Assembly: GCA_963848635.1 (NCBI GenBank)
Contig: CAWKEA010000005.1
Span: forward strand, 111,341-175,340
Source: an uncultured bacterium
Lineage (GTDB): Bacteria; Patescibacteriota; Minisyncoccia; Phycocordibacterales; PALSA-1337
Reading direction: 5' to 3'
Length of the DNA: 64,000 nucleotides
Positions 57,769 to 64,000 of this stretch are shown here, in pieces; positions within the stretch are counted from its first letter, which is position 1; the number at the start of each line of letters is the position of its first letter. The notes under the pieces are model-generated. The model was not told the origin of the DNA. It saw only the letters and a list, made by a program, of their open reading frames with translations, and ran no database searches. The position numbers and the translations under genes were made by a program.

Positions 57769-59217
57769 TTATTTTGTCTCGGTGCTTGTGGATACTGCAA
57801 CGGAGATATGGGCGGACGAGGACGGGATAGTGTGGATCCAGAACGGCACGATCGAGATCTGTGCGCTTGATATGACTGAGCTATATTGGTTGAAGATGGA
57901 ATTGCTGGTGGACAACGGTTTTCCTTCCAATTGCGCCTTTATCTTGTCTGGATCGAGAGCGCCGTCGATACTGAGATCGCCGGAAAGAGCGAACTCGATC
58001 GATTTTGCGGACGAAGACAATGCCTGCCCGGCGGTCGGCGTAAAAACAAGGGATGAAAGGCCGTTGATCGTATAATCATCAGCAGGAAATCGAGCGATCT
58101 CGCTCTTTGCAAGGGTGTTTTCGAGATCGGTCTCCTTGAAGATGATGCCGGTGGCGATAGCTTGCATCGACGCATCCGCTACGCTTGAACTAGCGCTTGA
58201 CGACTGGGCTATCGAGCCTATCGTCGTCGATGAAAGCGCGATGCTGGCCGCCTTTGGATACAAGATATAGCCCGACGGCACCATGCCAACGAGCGCATTT
58301 TGGGCCGCCGACATAAGATTCGACGACAGCGTCGCAGTTACAGCGTTCAATGCCGCGCTCGGCACGATCATCTTCGGTCCGGATGATCCGCCGGTCGCAT
58401 CGGTCGTCATATGGCTATAAAATATGCTCGCCTTTGCAGTTCCTTGCCATGCAACTATCGTCAAGTCGCCTTTAAGGCTGGAAAGAGAAAGATCATAAGC
58501 TGGTCCAGGAGCGCTCGCGATGATTTTCACCCCAACAGTGCCAATTGATTTTGAAGAGGCGGCCGGGATGACGACGGTCGAGACAGTCTTGTAGACGAGG
58601 CCTCTGCCGTCCTCGAGCCGTGTGCCAGCGATTATCTTTTGAGGCGAAGGGCTCGCCGCGTTTATGAGCACGGCCATTGCCGTGGCGTATGTACTCACCG
58701 TTCCGCCTAGAGTAGCCTGCACTGACGTATGAGCAATCGTGGTCGTCGAGATCGTTTCAAAAGAAAGGTCGGGCGATTCGGCGTTTTGAACTGCCGTGAA
58801 CGTCCCGTTGATTGGCACGTCCTCCGATTGCAGAGTTATGATGACATGAGCCCGAGCCATAAAAACCGAAATAGCATAGACAATGGCAATGCATGAGATA
58901 ATGACGACTCCGCCTATGATCCATTTCCAATTCCGACCAGACGCGGATTTCTTTGGATTTTGGGGCGGTCTTGGTCCGTCAATAGCAGGCTCTTGTGGTG
59001 CGGCTGGAACCGAAGCAGAAGGAGCGGGAAAATCACGTTTCTCTTGCCCAGTATGATCCAAATGAAGAGGGACTCGTATGCCTATATCTTCACGGCTGAT
59101 GCCTGCGTATGCGGTATTTTGTGGATTTTTTTCTTCTGGTCCTTCGCTCAAATTGACTTCGCGTATAGATCGACGCTTTGAAGAGACTATGTCTTGAACG
59201 ATTTTTTTTGAAACCAT
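57769..59217 (-). CDS. Hypothetical membrane-anchored protein with Pro-rich linker and S/T/A-rich ectodomain
   Basis: Single TM WKWIIGGVVIISCIAIVYAISVF then low-complexity beta-rich sequence. Confidence 0.5.
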   Translation of the reverse strand: MVSKKIVQDIVSSKRRSIREVNLSEGPEEKNPQNTAYAGISREDIGIRVPLHLDHTGQEKRDFPAPSASVPAAPQEPAIDGPRPPQNPKKSASGRNWKWIIGGVVIISCIAIVYAISVFMARAHVIITLQSEDVPINGTFTAVQNAESPDLSFETISTTTIAHTSVQATLGGTVSTYATAMAVLINAASPSPQKIIAGTRLEDGRGLVYKTVSTVVIPAASSKSIGTVGVKIIASAPGPAYDLSLSSLKGDLTIVAWQGTAKASIFYSHMTTDATGGSSGPKMIVPSAALNAVTATLSSNLMSAAQNALVGMVPSGYILYPKAASIALSSTTIGSIAQSSSASSSVADASMQAIATGIIFKETDLENTLAKSEIARFPADDYTINGLSSLVFTPTAGQALSSSAKSIEFALSGDLSIDGALDPDKIKAQLEGKPLSTSNSIFNQYSSVISSAQISIVPFWIHTIPSSSAHISVAVSTSTETK

Positions 59218-59252
59218 GATGGCTAAAGTTATTCTTTCTTGCTCTGATTATA

Positions 59253-60437
59253 CTATAATCTCCGTGCCAACGGCAATGCCGCAACATAGAGGCTCGTGGA
59301 CAGATCGACGGAGACAGCCGGGATAGGTTCGACGTACAAAGCCATGATGCCAGCGTCAGCGCGCATCACTGAAACTGCCGACGCGGATTTCTTGAGGGCC
59401 TCCACAAAAGCGGAGCAGAGATGCCCTGCCGATATATATATGACGGACGGCAATGCCAATTCGCCTCCTTCAGAGATTATATTGATGATTCCATGCGTCC
59501 ATTCGGGCATGATCTGTTCGAGGAAAGATCTTGCCATATCCTCCGCATGGCTGTCATTTGCATTGCTATCCAAAAGCGTCAAAGTCGAAACAGCCGCGGC
59601 CTCGCCTGCTTCACGGGCAAAATCGCGCACAAGAGTGGCGGTGCCAAAAGGCAATGAGCCGCTGGTCACGCAGACTCCTTGTCGGACGACAAGGATATCG
59701 GTCAGCTCCCCGTGGATCTGCAACCAAACGTAATCGACATGTTGCGGCATGGCCGAACGCAACGCAAGGTAGCGCAAGATGACCGCTGAATGAAAGATCT
59801 CGTCCCCAGCTCGGATAGATCTGTTGATGCATGATTTTATGTCATTCAGCAATTTGCGCGAAGCGAATGAAAAGACCATGGTGCCTTGGAGCGACCGCGC
59901 GCGTTTGCCTTCATAATCGACTACTGGATAGCCGTTTATTTTGATCTCGAATATTTTAGCATCGATCACGACGCTATCGCCCGCGCTAAAGATCTTTGCC
60001 GAAGCTGTTTTCTCGTCAAGAAGGAGATTCGTCACGGTCGACTGCCGCATGACGGTCTCTTGCTCGAATTTTTTCTCGACACAGGACAATTTCGAGATTA
60101 TCCACGGAGAGGACAAAACGACATGGATGCGGTCGAAGCGCATCTGATCGATCAGCTTTTTCTCCATGAGGCCGACCATCGAAGCTTGGGCTTTCGAAGC
60201 GGCTTGCTCGAGCATCTTCAGCATCGCCCTTGTCAGATGCGGACCCCTATATACGCCATCGACATGGATCTTGTGCTCGATCTCGCTTTCGGCATGATAG
60301 ACGACGCGAGGCGTCTTGCCTGTCTCATAGACGATGATCGAAGCGGAGACTGAGTCGCTCTCGATGTCGAAGACGATCTCGGTCGAGATGGGAGATTTCT
60401 TGGTAAAGAAAGACATGGGTGAATTATAGCATGGCAC
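59253..60437 (-). CDS. Hypothetical protein, 394 aa (possibly an actin-like ATPase fold; weak)
   Basis: ORF with balanced composition; no confident motif. Confidence 0.4.
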   Translation of the reverse strand: MPCYNSPMSFFTKKSPISTEIVFDIESDSVSASIIVYETGKTPRVVYHAESEIEHKIHVDGVYRGPHLTRAMLKMLEQAASKAQASMVGLMEKKLIDQMRFDRIHVVLSSPWIISKLSCVEKKFEQETVMRQSTVTNLLLDEKTASAKIFSAGDSVVIDAKIFEIKINGYPVVDYEGKRARSLQGTMVFSFASRKLLNDIKSCINRSIRAGDEIFHSAVILRYLALRSAMPQHVDYVWLQIHGELTDILVVRQGVCVTSGSLPFGTATLVRDFAREAGEAAAVSTLTLLDSNANDSHAEDMARSFLEQIMPEWTHGIINIISEGGELALPSVIYISAGHLCSAFVEALKKSASAVSVMRADAGIMALYVEPIPAVSVDLSTSLYVAALPLARRL

Positions 60438-60473
60438 AAAACCATAGATGTGGAAATTGACGGGTCCGAAGCC

Positions 60474-62453
60474 TTATGCGAGCGCCGCCTTTATCCTCCG
60501 CACCCCTTGCGAGCTGGCTTCTTCTTTTTGGATCTTGAAGCGCCATTTCCCTTCGGGACCGGCCAGTTCGGACGTATTTTTGACATGAGGGCCGCCGCAG
60601 AATTCTTTTGAATACGCGTTCTTTAGATCGTCGATCGTTGGAGGGTTCGATGCAGGGCCGATAAAGTAGATCGAGATCCGATCTCCGTATTTTTCGCCGA
60701 AGAAATGCCGCGCGCCTGTTTTTTCGGCTTCCGCTCGAGGCACGATGATCTGGTTCACCGGCAGAGCGGCCTTGATCTTTTCATTGACGATCTCTTCCAC
60801 TTTTTTCTTTTGCTCGTCAGTGAGCTTTACGCCGTTAAAGTCATAGCGCAGACGTTCGGCCGTGATATTCGAGCCTTTTTGGCTTCCTGATTCCTCACCC
60901 AAAACATCATGGAGAGCCTGTTGAAGGAGGTGCGTCGCGGTATGATATCGGACCACCATCGGATCGTTCGCGTCAGCGAGGCCGCCCTTGAATTTTTGTT
61001 CGGCGCCGGCGCGCGAGAGGTCTTGGTGCTTTTTGAATTCTTCATGAAAGCCTTTCTCATCGACGTTAATTCCCTTCTCTTTTGCGATATCGACGATAAG
61101 TTCAAGCGGTAAGCCGTAAGTTTGAAATATCTTGAAAGCGGCCAATCCTGGCATTATTTTCGGCATTTTTTCTAAATTTGACTGAGTTTCAACATCAGAG
61201 CTTCCTGTTAAAGCCGGGCCTCGAGTCCACAGATCAAATTCTTTTATCATCTCTTTATCAAGTTCCTTCGTTCCAAGCACGAGCGCCTCTGCGAACTTTT
61301 CCGATTCCTCGATGAGAACCTTCTTTATCAAAGCCGACTTCTCCACAAGCTCCGGATAGCTCTCCTTATATATCGAAATAAACGTATCGACGAATTTCGA
61401 TATTTCAGCCGCAGGGAGCTTTTTTGCCGCAGTATTCATGACAGCGCGGCGGATGAAGCGGCGGAGGATGTAGCCGCGATCGGTGTTCGACGGAATGACG
61501 CCATCTGTTATAAGGAAAATACTTGCCCGCAGATGGTCGGCAACGATGCGCTTGCTTCGGAGAGGCGTTTTCTCATCATTCAAAAGATCCATGACCGGCT
61601 TGAACAAATCAGTGTCGTAGGTATTGTCAGAACCGCTCAATGTGATCGTGAGCCGTTCAAGACCGGCGCCGGTGTCGACGGACGGCTTTGGGAGCTTGCC
61701 GACGATCTTGCCGTCTTTCTTTTCATATTGCATAAAAACGTCGTTCCACACTTCGACCACCTCTTGCGCGGCGTCAGCCTTTGCGTAATCCTCATGCGTC
61801 AAAAGCGCGCCTTTGTGCGTGTTCTTTATGTCATAGAACATCTCGGTATCGGGGCCGCACGGGCCGTTGTCGCCCGCTTCCCACCAATTGTTTTCCGCGG
61901 GCAGATAGAAGATACGACCAGCCTCGCCTTTGCTCGTATCGCCGCCGGCTTCTACTTTATTTTTCTTGAAAACATCGCGCCAGATGTCGGCGGCCTCGTC
62001 ATCGCGCGGGGCATTCTCATCGCCTGCAAAGACGCTGACATAGAGGCGCGTCGGATCGAGCCCGAGGCCTTGATCGCCTTTTGGCGCGTCGATCGGATTC
62101 GTCAGGAATTCAAAGCTCCAGCCGATAGCCTCGCGCTTGAAGTAATCGCCGAGAGACCAATTGCCGAGCATCTGGAAAAAAGTATGATGAGTCTTGTCGC
62201 CGACTGTGTCGATATCGACCGTGCGCAGACATTTCTGGATGTCTACAAGGCGAGCGACTCGCGCGCCATCCGCTGAAGCATACGGCTTGCCGAGCAAATA
62301 CGGCACCAAGGGCTGCATGCCGGCAGTATTGAAAAGCGTCGCGTTCGTCAGGCCTTTTTCGTCAGGCGTAACGAGCGAAGCCGACTGGATGACGGTGTGT
62401 CCCCTCTTCTCAAAAAAAGAAAGGAACCTCTGGCGTATTTCCGATGATTTCAT
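60474..62453 (-). CDS. alaS: Alanyl-tRNA synthetase, short form lacking the C-terminal C-Ala domain
   Basis: Class II catalytic core, editing-domain motifs HTATHLL and CGGPHV; 659 aa. Confidence 0.85.
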   Translation of the reverse strand: MKSSEIRQRFLSFFEKRGHTVIQSASLVTPDEKGLTNATLFNTAGMQPLVPYLLGKPYASADGARVARLVDIQKCLRTVDIDTVGDKTHHTFFQMLGNWSLGDYFKREAIGWSFEFLTNPIDAPKGDQGLGLDPTRLYVSVFAGDENAPRDDEAADIWRDVFKKNKVEAGGDTSKGEAGRIFYLPAENNWWEAGDNGPCGPDTEMFYDIKNTHKGALLTHEDYAKADAAQEVVEVWNDVFMQYEKKDGKIVGKLPKPSVDTGAGLERLTITLSGSDNTYDTDLFKPVMDLLNDEKTPLRSKRIVADHLRASIFLITDGVIPSNTDRGYILRRFIRRAVMNTAAKKLPAAEISKFVDTFISIYKESYPELVEKSALIKKVLIEESEKFAEALVLGTKELDKEMIKEFDLWTRGPALTGSSDVETQSNLEKMPKIMPGLAAFKIFQTYGLPLELIVDIAKEKGINVDEKGFHEEFKKHQDLSRAGAEQKFKGGLADANDPMVVRYHTATHLLQQALHDVLGEESGSQKGSNITAERLRYDFNGVKLTDEQKKKVEEIVNEKIKAALPVNQIIVPRAEAEKTGARHFFGEKYGDRISIYFIGPASNPPTIDDLKNAYSKEFCGGPHVKNTSELAGPEGKWRFKIQKEEASSQGVRRIKAALA

Positions 62454-62472
62454 GGGTGAAATATAGCAGATT

Positions 62473-63990
62473 TCATGTCAAGATGTCATCTTGACATGGG
62501 AGATTCAATCCTTGGGAAATCATTTTTCTCGTCAATTTTTCGAGCCTTGCGATATCGTCCTCGATCTCCTTGAGCCCTTCCTTCCAAAAGCCCGGCTTCG
62601 AGACGTCGATGCCGATCTCTTTCAAGATGTTTTCCGGCGAATCCTTGCCGCCAGCGGAAAGGAATTGTTCGATCTTTGACCAAAATGACTTGTCTTGCTT
62701 GTAGCGGCGCAAAAGCGCTTTCGACACGAGCATCCCGTAAGCATACGTATAGACATAAAAGAAGCGACGGATATGAGACCACTGCACGAACATATAGCCG
62801 TCATCTATCTTCATATCAAAAACAGGTCCCAAGTACGCCGACATGTGCTTGTTGTGCATTTCGGCTAGCTTTTCAGCGCCGACGAAGCCTTCTTTACGAA
62901 TGCTGTCATGGATATCTTTTTCATAATTAAAGGCAGCGATCTGGCGCATGATCGTCGATATCTCGTCGTTTATCTTTTCCTGAAGGACGATAGTCTTTTC
63001 TTTATCGGACAGCTTGTCGAATACGGCTTCAAAGGCGATTGCTTCAAAAAGCGTGCTGGCGGTTTCAGCCAAGGCTGTGGAATAGTGGCAATACATCGGG
63101 CCTTGTGCTTTTGAGAATTGGGTATGGAACGAATGGCCCATCTCATGGGCAAAGGTCGTCAAAGAATGCAGATCTCCGACATGATTCAAGAGGACGAATG
63201 TCGGCAACGAGTAATGCCCCCAGCTATATGCTCCGCCGCTCTTGCCGATACGAGGAAAGACATCGATCTGACCGTTATCGACGAATGATTGCAACATATC
63301 AGAGTACTTCGGATCGATGGCTCCAAACGTCTTTTTCAAGATATCGAGGGACTCATCGAAAGAAAATTTTTCATGTATCGCTCCAATTTTTACATTGCGA
63401 TCGCAATACGACAGATGTTCCAGACCGAGAAGTTTCGCCTTGAGCTTGTAGAACCTATGAGCCGTCGGAAACGATTCAGTGACAGTACGGACCAGCGTCT
63501 CGACGACTTTGGGGTCATTGTGATAACCCTTGACTGTATTTTCGTGCGGATATGAATAACGGCGCAATTCATCGTTTATTTTTTTGTTCGTCACCACAGC
63601 ATTGATCTCAGCCTCTGAAAAAGAAGAGACCGCTTTTAATTGCTCCGTGATGAGAGCATTCAGCCTGCGTCTTGATACGGCTTGTGCGATGTTTGGGATC
63701 TTGCCGCTAGCTCCAGCGACAGATATCTTCTTGCCCTCCCACTCGACCGAACGCAGATTCAGCATGCGCTCATTGCCATCGATCCACATATCATACGCTG
63801 GCAATGACTTCAGATTCATAATCTTTTCCTCTGGCACTGAAAGCTTGTGGAGAGACCCCTCAAATATCCTTCGCAAGAATACGCGGTATTTCGAGAACGA
63901 TGCATCTCTTAAAATAGTTTTTTGCCTGGTCGTATCTATGTCACCGAGCGAGTTTGTGAAGAACTCAAGCTTGTTCTCTGCCTGGGTCAA
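62473..63990 (-). CDS. pepF: Oligoendopeptidase F-like M3 metallopeptidase (N-terminus may run past the window edge)
   Basis: HEMGHSFH zinc-binding motif with the surrounding M3 fold pattern. Confidence 0.8.
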   Translation of the reverse strand: MTQAENKLEFFTNSLGDIDTTRQKTILRDASFSKYRVFLRRIFEGSLHKLSVPEEKIMNLKSLPAYDMWIDGNERMLNLRSVEWEGKKISVAGASGKIPNIAQAVSRRRLNALITEQLKAVSSFSEAEINAVVTNKKINDELRRYSYPHENTVKGYHNDPKVVETLVRTVTESFPTAHRFYKLKAKLLGLEHLSYCDRNVKIGAIHEKFSFDESLDILKKTFGAIDPKYSDMLQSFVDNGQIDVFPRIGKSGGAYSWGHYSLPTFVLLNHVGDLHSLTTFAHEMGHSFHTQFSKAQGPMYCHYSTALAETASTLFEAIAFEAVFDKLSDKEKTIVLQEKINDEISTIMRQIAAFNYEKDIHDSIRKEGFVGAEKLAEMHNKHMSAYLGPVFDMKIDDGYMFVQWSHIRRFFYVYTYAYGMLVSKALLRRYKQDKSFWSKIEQFLSAGGKDSPENILKEIGIDVSKPGFWKEGLKEIEDDIARLEKLTRKMISQGLNLPCQDDILT

Positions 63991-64000
63991 ACGATTAGAC

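Overview
The window is a gene-dense, mostly minus-strand-coded stretch whose gene content looks like a reduced-genome bacterium (type IV pilin-like genes, VirB4-like ATPase, VirB2/TrbC-like small membrane proteins), possibly Patescibacteria/CPR; that assignment is inference. Housekeeping content is clear from motifs: a MacAB-like HlyD/ABC/FtsX efflux trio, two MreB paralogs, MurA, MurB, MurJ, the mreBCD-PBP2 operon, Pth, SecA, a truncated AlaRS, PepF, RarA, a PriA homolog, DedA, tRNA-Trp, rpmG and an RNase P RNA gene (type A bacterial features) that the ORF track mis-reads as plus-strand ORFs. The accessory content between about 6.4 and 41 kb is an IS30-family insertion element sitting 93 bp upstream of a large secreted HAF-repeat/lipase-like protein, a class II Fic protein behind a perfect palindromic operator, a NYN nuclease, a GHKL-ATPase plus STAS-like two-gene cassette flanked by 36-bp direct repeats that copy the 3' end of the neighbouring gene, five tandem paralogous two-TM proteins with VirB2/TrbC-like topology, and several duplicated gene-end fragments. 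The most striking gene is a leucyl-tRNA synthetase carrying two in-frame inserted hydrolase domains: an RBBP9/YdeN-like serine alpha/beta-hydrolase at the catalytic-core/CP1 junction and a NUDIX domain after the editing domain. The PriA homolog has lost its Walker A, Walker B and arginine-finger motifs. A major caveat is that at least nine apparent single-nucleotide frameshifts split otherwise recognisable genes, including leuS and several at homopolymer runs; this points to uncorrected indel errors in the assembly or to gene decay, so all pseudogene calls are provisional. No CRISPR array or rRNA was found.
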